Source of the DNA: Bacteroidota bacterium
GTDB taxonomy: Bacteria > Bacteroidota > Bacteroidia > NS11-12g > UBA955
NCBI GenBank assembly: GCA_027621365.1
Contig: JAQCBH010000003.1
Location: forward strand, 65,737-129,736
Direction: 5' to 3'
DNA length: 64,000 nt
In this document: one piece after another, positions 1 to 9,476 of the stretch
Layout: each line of letters starts with the position of its first letter
Position numbering within the stretch: position 1 is the stretch's first letter
Program-made: the position numbers and the translations under genes
The notes under the pieces: generated by a model
The model's database searches: none
Told to the model about the DNA's origin: nothing
What the model saw: only the letters and a program-made list of their open reading frames with translations

Positions 1-260
1 AGGGCAATGGCGGTATCGCTGCTTTGGTGAGCCACGGCCTTCATGCCTTCGAATATGGATTGACCATAGTGAATGGCACTGGTTGCAGGACTTAGGTTCA
101 AGGGGCCATAGGGAACGATTCGAGCATTGGTCCATTCTCCGTTCTTGTAATCGACCAAAAACATGTGGTCGCTGAATACCTTGCCAAATCCAATGTTTTG
201 AGGGTCAAGTTGAGAAATTCTACTGTTTTCTGTGCGCTCAACCCTAATTTCGAAACTCAT
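1..260 (-). CDS. ilvE: Branched-chain amino acid aminotransferase, 5' part (runs off the window edge)
   Basis: Not in the ORF track. Manual translation from ATG at 260 gives MSFEIRVERTENSRISQLDPQNIGFGKVFSDHMFLVDYKNGEWTNARIVPYGPLNLSPATSAIHYGQSIFEGMKA. FGxxFxDHM and HYGQxxFEGxKA are IlvE signatures. Confidence 0.92.
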   Translation of the reverse strand, partial: MSFEIRVERTENSRISQLDPQNIGFGKVFSDHMFLVDYKNGEWTNARIVPYGPLNLSPATSAIHYGQSIFEGMKAVAHQSSDTAIA

Positions 261-290
261 TGTATCAAAAATACAAAACGCATTGGGACC

Positions 291-983
291 ATGGCTGAAA
301 AAGGGATGATTGTGGAAAATCCGCTGGAATTGTTACCTCTGTTTGAGGGAATGCAATTGCTGCCGGATGCTTCCCTATTTCCGCCCGAATCGCTGTCCAA
401 AGAGGCCAGCGAGCCCCCTGTTCCCGCAGTGCCAGCACAGGTTCCTGCATCACCTGAGCCGCGGGTTGAAACCCATGCGGGCGACACTCAAGTTGCCGAG
501 CCTGAAGTTGCGGAGTCTCCATCTGCCCCTTCCCAAACTGCCGAGCCACAAGCTGCCGAAACCCTTAGCGCTCAATCTGAATCAGTCGAGCCGGCCCCAG
601 CCGTCGCTGAAACCTGGATCCTGAATGTTTGGGTGGACGAGAGCAAAAAACACTGGCCTGATGAGTTTCGCACTCCCATGACCGCTTTGCTTTCAGCCAT
701 CAAAATGGAGGGTCAAGCCGTTCCAATGGAAAAGGTTCAGGTGCTGAATCCCTTTGTGTTTACCGATCGGCATGGAATCAAAGAATGGGCTTTGACGATC
801 AAGCCCAAGTCCATCCTCATTTGGGCCAATCAAACCAATTTGGACGATGTGCCAGCCGTATTTGAGCAAACGCAGTGGGAGGGAATACCCGTGTATCGAC
901 TTCCGGCTTTCTCCAAAGTCGCAGCCAACGTTGACAACAAGCGCGAGGCTTGGGCCAAACTCAAAGGATTTTACAATTTCTAG
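291..983 (+). CDS. Hypothetical protein with a Pro/Ala/Glu-rich linker; C-terminus reminiscent of Bacteroidota 'DNA polymerase III psi-like' proteins
   Basis: ORF 165..983. Start moved to ATG 291 because the longer start overlaps ilvE. Low-complexity P/A/E/S middle; ends KREAWAKLKGFY. Confidence 0.55.
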   Translation: MAEKGMIVENPLELLPLFEGMQLLPDASLFPPESLSKEASEPPVPAVPAQVPASPEPRVETHAGDTQVAEPEVAESPSAPSQTAEPQAAETLSAQSESVEPAPAVAETWILNVWVDESKKHWPDEFRTPMTALLSAIKMEGQAVPMEKVQVLNPFVFTDRHGIKEWALTIKPKSILIWANQTNLDDVPAVFEQTQWEGIPVYRLPAFSKVAANVDNKREAWAKLKGFYNF

Positions 984-2272
984 GATCTTGCGGCCAGTTT
1001 TGGGCTATTGACCCGGCGCAGCAAGACCATTCCAATCAGGAAGAAGACCATCAACAATAAAATGCTGTTGCGCATGTCGCCACTGATGTTGTCGATGAGT
1101 CCCCAACACAAGGTTCCCAAGACGATGGCGAGTTTTTCCGCCACCTCGTAGAAACTGAAATAAGAGGTGTTGTCTTTGTCGCCGGGAATCAACTTGGCAT
1201 AGGTCGCCCTGGATAAGCTCTGAACGCCGCCCATCACGGTGCCGACCAAACAAGCCAAGCCAAAGAACTGCATGGGTTTGCGGGGCTCAAGGAAATAAGC
1301 CAATATGCAGACCAATACCCAGATGGCCAATGTGGCCGACAAACTGTAGCGGTTGCCTTTTTTATCAGCCAACCAGGCAAAGAAATAAGCACCGGCAATG
1401 CCAATCAGTTGAATCAACAAGATGGTGATGATCATGTCTTTTGATTCCAATTCCAAGACATTTTTCCCGAACAAGGCAGCTACATAAATGACGGTTTGAA
1501 CTCCCATGGTATAGACAAAGAAGGCGGCCAAATAACGCTGAGTTTGGGGCATTTCCCGCAGGCTTAAAAATACCTGCTTGAGTTCTTGGTAGCCTTTCCA
1601 AATGGGGCTGGACTTGCTGGTTTTGCGGTCTTTTGGTAAAACCCATAGGGGATACAAAGACCATCCCATCCACCAAACACCAACGGTCAGGAAACCGACG
1701 CGAAAGGCCAAGGTGCTTTCTTTGGGGCTGGGCAGCCCAAACCAATCTGATTTCATGATGAACATCAAGTTGAAAATCAAGAGCAGAACACTGCCAATGT
1801 AGCCCATGGTGTATCCGCGGGCAGACAAGCGATCAAAGCGATCAGGACTGGCGATCTCAGGCAAATAGGCGTTGTAAAAGACCAGGGAGGCGCCCCAGCC
1901 AACGGTGGCTAGCATGAAGCAGGCCAAACCGAAGAAGATGTTGCTCCCTTGGAACCAGAACAGCGCTGAGCAGCCCAAACTACCCAAGGCGACAAAGAAG
2001 CGCATGTAGGGCTTTTTTACCCCTCGGCTGTCGGCAATGCCCGACAAGAGAGGCACAATGGCCACAATAATCAAAAAGGCCAAGGACAAGCCATAGCTGT
2101 AAAGGGCCGTGTTTTTGATGGACCAACCCATGATTTCCACGCTTTTGGGTGTGAATTCCTCGTAAAAGGCCGGGAAAATTGCCGAGGCAATCGAAAGGGA
2201 ATAAACGCTGTTGGCCCAATCGTAGAAGGTCCAAGCTTTGAGTACCTTAGGGTTGTTCAATTCTTGCTGCAT
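980..2272 (-). CDS. MFS transporter, UMF1/Atg22-like family
   Basis: About 12 hydrophobic helices, WTFYDWANS motif, DRLSARGYTMGYIG. Start set at MQQEL (2272). Confidence 0.85.
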   Translation of the reverse strand: MQQELNNPKVLKAWTFYDWANSVYSLSIASAIFPAFYEEFTPKSVEIMGWSIKNTALYSYGLSLAFLIIVAIVPLLSGIADSRGVKKPYMRFFVALGSLGCSALFWFQGSNIFFGLACFMLATVGWGASLVFYNAYLPEIASPDRFDRLSARGYTMGYIGSVLLLIFNLMFIMKSDWFGLPSPKESTLAFRVGFLTVGVWWMGWSLYPLWVLPKDRKTSKSSPIWKGYQELKQVFLSLREMPQTQRYLAAFFVYTMGVQTVIYVAALFGKNVLELESKDMIITILLIQLIGIAGAYFFAWLADKKGNRYSLSATLAIWVLVCILAYFLEPRKPMQFFGLACLVGTVMGGVQSLSRATYAKLIPGDKDNTSYFSFYEVAEKLAIVLGTLCWGLIDNISGDMRNSILLLMVFFLIGMVLLRRVNSPKLAARS

Positions 2273-2422
2273 CGCAGTCTGCAATATAGCAAGAACGGGG
2301 AATTGGAGGCAGCGCTCGTTCGAATTTTCAGGCAATTGGAAACGGATAAGGCTGAGCGCCTGCTTGGAGGCAGAGCCCCAAGGAATTTCTAGGCGGTAGA
2401 GATTTTCACCCCAATCGGGCTA

Positions 2423-3676
2423 TCAATGGTCTTGGTATTTCAAGCTGTCCAAGTGGTTCCACTCGGCTTCGGCCATCTCTCGGGTGATTTCGAGACTCTT
2501 CTTCTTTTTGGATTCAGAGGGGATTTCAAACATGTATCGCTTCAAAATGGTTTCGCAGATGCCGCGAAGACCACGAGCTCCCAAGCTGTTGTTGTAAGCC
2601 AATTCTACAATGAAGTCGATTGCTTCAGGGTTGAATGACAAGGCTACACCTTCCAAATTGAACAGGTACTGGTATTGCTTCATCAGGGCGTTTTTGGGCT
2701 CGGTTAAAATGCGGCTCAATGCCTCTTTATCCAAGGGAATCAATGCGGCGATGATGGGCAAACGGCCAATCAATTCAGGTATCAAACCAAAATTCTTCAA
2801 ATCAGCGGGAGTGGTCTGCAGGAGCAACTTGGCCTCGTCAATTTTGCGGTTCGAGCTGCTTTTGAAACCAACAGCTGAGTTGACCATTCGGCGACTTACT
2901 ACCTTTTCGATTCCGTCAAAGGCTCCACCGCAGATGAACAAAATGTTCGAGGTATCGATCTTGATGTATTTTTGGTCGGGGTGTTTGCGTCCCCCTTCAG
3001 GAGCCACGTTGGCCACGGTGCCTTCCAATATCTTCAACAAAGCCTGTTGAACGCCTTCTCCGCTCACATCTCGGGTGATCGAGGGGTTGTCACTCTTGCG
3101 GCTGATCTTGTCAATCTCATCGATGTAAATGATGCCCTTTTCAGCCAGTTCCGGTTTGTAGCCTGAAACTTGGAGCAAGCGGCTCAGTATGCTTTCCACG
3201 TCTTCGCCTACATAGCCTGCTTCGGTCAGAACCGTGGCATCGGCGATGCAGAATGGAACATTCAGGAATTTCGCCAGGGTGCGGGCCAAATAGGTTTTAC
3301 CGGTTCCAGTTTCTCCAATCAACAAGACGTTGCTCTTCTCCACTTCGATTTCGCTGCGGTCTTGTTGAGCCGTGCGTTTGTAGTGGTTGTAAACGGCAAC
3401 AGCCAAGGTTCTTTTGGCTTCGTCTTGCCCGATGACATACTGGTCCAAATGCTCTTTGATCTCCAGCGGAGTAGGGAGCTTTTGGGGTTCGTCTAGGTTG
3501 ATGGGGTCTCCCGTTTCTACCTTTTTGTCCATGCCTAGTTCTTTTCGAACGATGGTATGGGCCTGTTCGGCGCAGTTTTCACAAATGTGCCCCTCGACGC
3601 CCGAAATGAGCATCACCGTTTCACTTTTTTTGCGCCCGCAAAAGGAGCAAACAGGTTCTTTGGTCTTGGCCGACAT
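2423..3676 (-). CDS. clpX: ATP-dependent Clp protease ATP-binding subunit ClpX
   Basis: CSFCG...ICENC zinc finger, Walker [29 protein letters not shown]. Confidence 0.98.
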   Translation of the reverse strand: MSAKTKEPVCSFCGRKKSETVMLISGVEGHICENCAEQAHTIVRKELGMDKKVETGDPINLDEPQKLPTPLEIKEHLDQYVIGQDEAKRTLAVAVYNHYKRTAQQDRSEIEVEKSNVLLIGETGTGKTYLARTLAKFLNVPFCIADATVLTEAGYVGEDVESILSRLLQVSGYKPELAEKGIIYIDEIDKISRKSDNPSITRDVSGEGVQQALLKILEGTVANVAPEGGRKHPDQKYIKIDTSNILFICGGAFDGIEKVVSRRMVNSAVGFKSSSNRKIDEAKLLLQTTPADLKNFGLIPELIGRLPIIAALIPLDKEALSRILTEPKNALMKQYQYLFNLEGVALSFNPEAIDFIVELAYNNSLGARGLRGICETILKRYMFEIPSESKKKKSLEITREMAEAEWNHLDSLKYQDH

Positions 3677-3678
3677 GG

Positions 3679-4368
3679 TTATTTGCGGTGGCCGAGCACC
3701 TCGTCAATCATGCCGTAAGCCTTGGCTTCTTCAGCCGTCATCCAGTAATCGCGATCTGAGTCTTTTTCAACCTTGTCGTAATCCTGGCCGCTGTGCTTGG
3801 CGATGATGTCGTACAGCTCTTTCTTCAACTTGGAAATCTCCTTGTAGGTAATTTCGATGTCGCTAGCTTGACCTTGAGCACCACCCAAAGGTTGGTGAAT
3901 CATGATGCGAGAGTGGGGAAGGGCTGTGCGCTTTCCGGCATGACCAGCACACATCAACACGGCGCCCATGCTCGCCGCCATTCCTGTGCAGATGGTGGCC
4001 ACATCAGAAGAGATGTACTGCATGGTGTCGTAGATAGCCAATCCGGCATACACACTACCACCTGGACTGTTGATGTAAATCTGAATGTCGCGGTTGGCAT
4101 TCGTGCTTTCCAAGAATAGCAATTGACCCATGATGATGTTGGCTACATCTTCATAAATGGGGACTCCCAAGAAAATGATGCGGTCCATCATCAAACGGGA
4201 GAAGATATCCATCGCAACGGCATTCATTTGGCGCTCCTCAATGATGTTGGGCGTCAAATTGTAAAAACCGGGGGCTTGCGCGGTCAATTTTTGGAATTCA
4301 TCCAAACGCAGGCTGGAAATGCCCAGGTGTTTGGTGGCGTATTTGGCAAATTCTTTTCCGTAATCCAT
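3679..4368 (-). CDS. clpP: ATP-dependent Clp protease proteolytic subunit
   Basis: [35 protein letters not shown]. Confidence 0.98.
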   Translation of the reverse strand: MDYGKEFAKYATKHLGISSLRLDEFQKLTAQAPGFYNLTPNIIEERQMNAVAMDIFSRLMMDRIIFLGVPIYEDVANIIMGQLLFLESTNANRDIQIYINSPGGSVYAGLAIYDTMQYISSDVATICTGMAASMGAVLMCAGHAGKRTALPHSRIMIHQPLGGAQGQASDIEITYKEISKLKKELYDIIAKHSGQDYDKVEKDSDRDYWMTAEEAKAYGMIDEVLGHRK

Positions 4369-4398
4369 ATTAGCTAAACAAATGTAAGCGAGAAAGGA

Positions 4399-5787
4399 TT
4401 ATTCGCCGTGCTCGTGTTTGTGTTTGTTGACGTGTTCGAAGTATTTCTCGACACTGATCTTTTTGCTTTTGAAGCTGATCAAGGTTTTGACATGATCGTA
4501 GGCCTTGCGATAAACCACGCGATCAGCCATCTGGCTAACGAATTCGCGGTCTGACATGCGCTTCTGAACGGTTTCGGTCAAGAAGGCATCACCCAAATCG
4601 ATGTTCATGCCGTACTGGCGGTACATGCCGGCGTAGTACACCTTGGCTTCTTCCATGATGTCTTCGGCGCTGGCTTCGATTTTGGAATCGGCCGCAATTT
4701 TGTCAATCACCAAGCGACGCTGCAAAGCGCTGCGCTCTTCGGCGTACTTTTCGTCGATGTTCTCCTGGTTGTAATCGTCGGGCTTGTTGGCCATCAACCA
4801 GCGCTTCAAAAACTCATCAGGAAGGGCCAAGTCGTGCTTAGAAAGCAACAAATGACCGATCTCGTGATCGATCCACAAATCAGCTTCGTTGGCGTAATAG
4901 CGCTCCAAATTCAATTTGATGCGCTCGCGGTACTCAGCTTCTGTCTTGGGATAATCTTCCCCTCCGAACATCTGCTTGAAGTACTCTTCGTTCAATTCAG
5001 CCAAGGTGCGGCGCTTGATTTCGCTCACGGTGCCTTGGAATTTGGCGTTCAAATCAGCCAAGCCTTCTTTGGGAAGACCCAAGCTGCTGGAAATGACGGT
5101 TTCATTGTCGTTGAACAACGCTTTCAAGTCAACCGTAACGGTATCTCCGACCTTCAAGCCGATCAAAGCTTTCTTGGTCTTGGCGTCGGTGATCATTTCA
5201 GGCACCACGCTTACGGGTTTGTTTTCTACACCGCCTTCCAAAGGAGATTTTCCTTTTTCGTCCAATTCGGTCAGATTCATGTAGACCACGTCGGCTTCAG
5301 CAGAAACCTCGGTGTCTTCCATTCCACCTTGACGCTGACGAGCGTATTCGATGTCTTTGTCGATTTCGGCGTCGCCTACTTCGATTTCGAATTTGTCCAA
5401 TTTGTCTTTGCTGCTCACATTCAATTCGAATTGAGGAGCCAAGCCCAAATCAAAAGCGAAGCGAAAATCGGTTTTGTTCTCAATGTCTATGTCGCTCTCC
5501 ATGCGGGTGCTGGAGATGGGGTATCCCAAAATGTCCAGGTTTTCCTTTTGAACATAATCGTTCATGGTGTCGCTGGCGATGGTTTGTAAAACATCGGCCA
5601 GTACGGCCTTGCCATACAATTTGTTGATCATGCCAACGGGGGCTTTTCCTGGGCGGAAACCTTTGACATTGGCGGTGCGCTGCAAGCGCTTCATCTCAGA
5701 TTGTACCTTTTCTTGGTAATCTTCGGGAGTCAAATCAATGGTGACGCTAGCATTCAGGGCGTCATGGGAGTGCAATTGAACGTTCAT
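4399..5787 (-). CDS. tig: Trigger factor
   Basis: GFRPGKAP ribosome-binding motif and tig-clpP-clpX order. Start set at MNVQL (5787); the longer ORF runs into the tRNA. Confidence 0.95.
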   Translation of the reverse strand: MNVQLHSHDALNASVTIDLTPEDYQEKVQSEMKRLQRTANVKGFRPGKAPVGMINKLYGKAVLADVLQTIASDTMNDYVQKENLDILGYPISSTRMESDIDIENKTDFRFAFDLGLAPQFELNVSSKDKLDKFEIEVGDAEIDKDIEYARQRQGGMEDTEVSAEADVVYMNLTELDEKGKSPLEGGVENKPVSVVPEMITDAKTKKALIGLKVGDTVTVDLKALFNDNETVISSSLGLPKEGLADLNAKFQGTVSEIKRRTLAELNEEYFKQMFGGEDYPKTEAEYRERIKLNLERYYANEADLWIDHEIGHLLLSKHDLALPDEFLKRWLMANKPDDYNQENIDEKYAEERSALQRRLVIDKIAADSKIEASAEDIMEEAKVYYAGMYRQYGMNIDLGDAFLTETVQKRMSDREFVSQMADRVVYRKAYDHVKTLISFKSKKISVEKYFEHVNKHKHEHGE

Positions 5788-5796
5788 CGGTGTAAT

Positions 5797-5827
5797 AAAA
5801 ACGAAGCCTGCTTGAAACAGGCTATCG
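5797..5827 (-). terminator. Hairpin plus T tract between tRNA-Leu and tig
   Basis: Minus strand CGATAGCCTG-TTTCAAG-CAGGCTTCG-TTTTT. Confidence 0.55.
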
Positions 5828-5831
5828 CAAT

Positions 5832-5916
5832 TGGTGCACGCGGAGGGACTCGAACCCACACGCCTCACGGCGCCAGATCCTAAGTCTGGTGCGGCTACCA
5901 ATTACGCCACGCGTGC
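5832..5916 (-). tRNA. tRNA-Leu(TAG)
   Basis: Reverse complement GCACGCGTGGCGTAATTGGTAGCCGCACCAGACTTAGGATCTGGCGCCGTGAGGCGTGTGGGTTCGAGTCCCTCCGCGTGCACCA. Long variable arm, anticodon TAG, encoded CCA. Confidence 0.97.
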
Positions 5917-5971
5917 AGAAGGATCTTGTTGCATCTACTCCGGTTCATAAGTACCGGCGAAAACGCGGGTG

Positions 5972-5979
5972 CAAAGGTA
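5972..5979 (-). promoter_or_regulatory. Bacteroidota -7 promoter element for tRNA-Leu
   Basis: TACCTTTG on the minus strand matches TAnnTTTG. Confidence 0.65.
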
Positions 5980-6003
5980 CTTCTACAGGAGCATCCGTGC
6001 AAC

Positions 6004-8301
6004 TTAAAACAAGTGAGTTTCGGTTTGGTAAATCTTACCCGACTTCAATTTGACTTTGATGCGCACAATGTCGCCGGCTTTGAGTTCCTGTTTTTGCTTG
6101 CCGTGGTTGATGACCAGGGCGTTCATGGGAAGGAAACTGTTCTCAACCAAGGTGATGTGAGCATCCAATTTGCCATAGGATTCGGTGCTGATTTCCACTT
6201 GAGCATCGGCCAGTGATTCGGTGCTGGAGAAGGACCAGGTTTCAAATGCCAACATGGCGGGAGCATAACCGTTGGGAGGCCAGCTAACAAAACGATTTTG
6301 GTACGCCAAGCTATCCATCCAAACTTCACCGTCGTCTACCACCCAAAAGACGCTGTTGTTTTCAGCGGCCCCGAACCCAAATGTGTAGCTTGATGGGTTC
6401 ATGAGCATTTGACGGTTGAACAATTCTTCACTCTTGTTGTCTTCGAAAAAGACGGTTGCGGCGATGGCGGGATTGGGTTCCATGATGGCATGGCCCATGG
6501 CGGCTGCATAGGCGGCCTCCTCGGTATAGCAACCGTGTGTTTCCGGGGTGGGTTCCCGGGTAAACATGCCTACCGGAGCAAACAGAATGGCGGCTTCCTG
6601 ACAGGCATCACCTTTTATTGTTGAATAAGAAATGGGAGCCAGAATACCCGCATTTTGACGGAAGTAGTTCATTCTCGCTTCTACACGTTGAATGGTGCTG
6701 TCGGGCATGTGTCCTGCAATGCAATGTTTGCTGTATCCGTCCCATCCCGTTTGGGGAGTCTTGATGCCGTTCACCACTTCGTAGCCAATTTTGCTGCCCT
6801 TGTAGCGAATCTCAAAGTCTTGTTTGGCCAAACGCTCATGCAACTTTTGAATGTCTGCAGGATAGCCATACTGTCTTTGCAATCGCTGCATATAGGTCCA
6901 TGAGGCTAGCATTCTTCCATCTTTGATGGCACTGTCACATGCGGCCATCAGCAGAGTGCGTTGAAGAGGCTTCAAAGTTTTGTCTTTGGGGAAGTCGCGC
7001 ATCAAACTGTCGCTCATGGCGATGAGCTGGCTCCATTCGTAGGCTTTGATCGGCCCTTTGCGGTATTGATCAAACAAAGTTTTTCGGTAGCCCTTGAACA
7101 CCTTGTTCGCTGGGTAGGAGCGGGTAGCATGATCGAGTAGGAATACAATCAAGCGACGTGAAATTTGCGCCGGCGGATTTTTCAACAAGACCTCCAAGCC
7201 CTTTTCGTTGATGGCTGGACTTTTGAATTGAAGAGGGTACCATTTGTAAAAGAAATACACGGTGGCGGCTTTGTTGTTGCTGCCCAAATAGTATTGCAAG
7301 CATTGACCCAAAAAGGCTAGAGAGTCAGATTTGAGAAAGGGGTCAGATTCGTTTCGGACTCCAGCCTCCACCAAAACCTGTTTTTGCATGTAAAACTCCA
7401 TGAACACGGTATCTGCCAATGCGTGGTCACCTCGGTTGGCTACATAGCCCATTTTGTTGATGTAATAAGAGTTCTGGTAGCTCAGGAAATTGGAATCGGA
7501 AGGGAAAATTTCCAGCGCGCGAATCACGTTTTCCAAGAACAAACTACCGATTCCAGATCGGCTTCGAGCCGCTTGGATGTTGGTTTCCAAGTATCCGTGT
7601 TCCAATGCGAGAAGTTTGCGGTTTTGGGGGTAGACCGCGAGGCCCATTTCGGCATAATACTGAGCGCTGTCATACTGTTTTTTCTGATCGTAGTACTCGG
7701 CCAAGATCTCAAAGGCTTCTCGCACATAGGTGTTGCCGTGAAGACCAGAGGCGCTGGCGCCGTAGTTCCAAAGGGCGCATTGTTTCAAGGCTCCCAATCC
7801 CTCTCTGGTTTTTTCGCTCAGGTGGTAACACACGCCCATCATGCCTAAAGCGAAGGTGTCATTCGACAGGTCGTAACTGTTTCGGTACATCTGTATGGCC
7901 CGGGAATAGCGGCCTTGGCCATAGTTGGCCATGGCTTCTACGTTGTTTTCAGTGGCGATTTTGGAGAAAACCTCGCTGTAGTCTGATTTGTAATCGCCAA
8001 ATTCATCTCGGGCTTGAGCCTTGATGGCACTTTTGACCGATTCTCTCAAGTAAGAGGCCAATTCGGCGTCATCGCCTCGGTTCTCCCACAAATGGTATTC
8101 GCTTGCGGCCTTGATGTACCAGAGTTCAATCAGGCTTTTGTCCTTCTCCAATCCTTTGGTGCACAGCTTCAATGCTTTGCCTGCATCCCCGCTTTGCAAG
8201 GCGGCTTTGGCTTTGAATACCGTGGCCGATTGAGCCATCGATTGAATGGGAAAAAGAGAACTTACGAAGAGAGCCAGTGCGGCCAATGTGCTATTGCGCA
8301 T
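6004..8301 (-). CDS. Secreted TPR-repeat protein with a C-terminal CAP/SCP-like domain
   Basis: Signal peptide ending AQ; TPR-like helical repeats; C-terminal RMNYFRQNAG...CQEAA...RQMLMNP...FGFG...SWPPNG pattern of bacterial CAP domains. Confidence 0.65.
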   Translation of the reverse strand: MRNSTLAALALFVSSLFPIQSMAQSATVFKAKAALQSGDAGKALKLCTKGLEKDKSLIELWYIKAASEYHLWENRGDDAELASYLRESVKSAIKAQARDEFGDYKSDYSEVFSKIATENNVEAMANYGQGRYSRAIQMYRNSYDLSNDTFALGMMGVCYHLSEKTREGLGALKQCALWNYGASASGLHGNTYVREAFEILAEYYDQKKQYDSAQYYAEMGLAVYPQNRKLLALEHGYLETNIQAARSRSGIGSLFLENVIRALEIFPSDSNFLSYQNSYYINKMGYVANRGDHALADTVFMEFYMQKQVLVEAGVRNESDPFLKSDSLAFLGQCLQYYLGSNNKAATVYFFYKWYPLQFKSPAINEKGLEVLLKNPPAQISRRLIVFLLDHATRSYPANKVFKGYRKTLFDQYRKGPIKAYEWSQLIAMSDSLMRDFPKDKTLKPLQRTLLMAACDSAIKDGRMLASWTYMQRLQRQYGYPADIQKLHERLAKQDFEIRYKGSKIGYEVVNGIKTPQTGWDGYSKHCIAGHMPDSTIQRVEARMNYFRQNAGILAPISYSTIKGDACQEAAILFAPVGMFTREPTPETHGCYTEEAAYAAAMGHAIMEPNPAIAATVFFEDNKSEELFNRQMLMNPSSYTFGFGAAENNSVFWVVDDGEVWMDSLAYQNRFVSWPPNGYAPAMLAFETWSFSSTESLADAQVEISTESYGKLDAHITLVENSFLPMNALVINHGKQKQELKAGDIVRIKVKLKSGKIYQTETHLF

Positions 8302-8360
8302 GTTGCAAATTACAAAACCCGCTGAAAAAGAGGGCCTTTCGTGAGAAACAGGTGCAAAAC

Positions 8361-9401
8361 TTAACGCAGCAGGGTGAAATCACCCTTTATGACCTTTCGG
8401 TAGTTGTCGTTGCCAATGAGCTCCAACAATACGATGTAAATCCCTTCCTGAGCCGGTTTGCCGTTGGCGTAGCCGTCCCATCCGTCGCCAAAGGTTTGGG
8501 TTTCAAATACCTTTTCACCCCAGCGGTTGTAAATGCGCATGTGCATTTCCTTGAAGCCTTCCAAGTAGGGGCTGTATTGGTCGTTGCGGTTGTTGGCATC
8601 GGGGCTAAAAGCGGTGGGTAGCCATGCAAGTGGAGGGCAGGAGTCAATCAGGTTGACTTCATCGCTGCGCATGCAGCCGTCGGGGCTGGTGACCTCCACT
8701 TTGTAGGTGCCGGCTATATTGGCCGTCAAACTGGAAGTGGTTTCACCGTTGGGGAGCCATCGGTAGCGATAGCCGGGCACGGATCCTGCGTCGAAGGTGA
8801 CCAAAACGTTTCGGCAAACGAAGCGGTCTTTGCCCAAATCAACCTGGGGGATTTCTCCCATTTTGATGCTGGCTGTTTGGCTGCTGTTGCCGCAAACGCT
8901 GTATACCTTCACCGAATAGGTGCCGGGTTTGTTGATGTTCAAACTAGGTGCTGTCGTGTCACTGGGGTTAAGGTTGACATCGGGACTTGTCCAGTGGTAG
9001 CGGTAGCCTCGGTAGAGGTTTCCGGCCCGAAGCGTCATTTGGGTGGGGCTGCTGCAAAAGGCAGAATCTTTGAGCGGTATGGGGTCAAACAGGTTGTAAA
9101 TAACCAAGACATAGATGCCTTTGGTCGATTTGGAACCGTCGCTGAAGGTAGACTCACATTCGGTGTAGAAGAGCCCCGTATCAGGGTAGTTGATGTTCTG
9201 GGGCTCACGGGCTGTACTGCTGTTGGGTGTGGCTCCGTTGAATGTCCATTTCCATGCGACGGAGGGCAAGCTTCCAGGCTCGTTGAACTCCTTGTAATTG
9301 ATGCTGCTTCCCTTGCAAATCGTCAGGGATGGGGTTTGGGCTCCCACTTGTTGGGGCAGTATACAAAGGAGCAAGCTTAAGATCCACGCAAGGTGCTTCA
9401 T
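8361..9401 (-). CDS. PKD-like protein with gliding-motility-associated C-terminal domain (T9SS type B CTD)
   Basis: PKD-like WKWTFNGATPNSS; C-terminal PTAFSPD..N.ND...IYNRWGEKVF...WDG...KGDFTLLR. Confidence 0.88.
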   Translation of the reverse strand: MKHLAWILSLLLCILPQQVGAQTPSLTICKGSSINYKEFNEPGSLPSVAWKWTFNGATPNSSTAREPQNINYPDTGLFYTECESTFSDGSKSTKGIYVLVIYNLFDPIPLKDSAFCSSPTQMTLRAGNLYRGYRYHWTSPDVNLNPSDTTAPSLNINKPGTYSVKVYSVCGNSSQTASIKMGEIPQVDLGKDRFVCRNVLVTFDAGSVPGYRYRWLPNGETTSSLTANIAGTYKVEVTSPDGCMRSDEVNLIDSCPPLAWLPTAFSPDANNRNDQYSPYLEGFKEMHMRIYNRWGEKVFETQTFGDGWDGYANGKPAQEGIYIVLLELIGNDNYRKVIKGDFTLLR

Positions 9402-9476
9402 GCTGCAAAATTAGTTCGTGGCCTTGATGCTTGATTTCACGGCAATGTCATTCGTTCAACTCAGTAGACAAGACTC

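Noticed and set aside
5788..5901. N-terminal extensions in the ORF track (tig to 5901, ydcF from 53076, gatB to 55585, dinB to 10982, rnhB to 11586)
   Set aside because: They overlap tRNA, rnpB or neighbouring genes. Downstream starts match the family N-termini.
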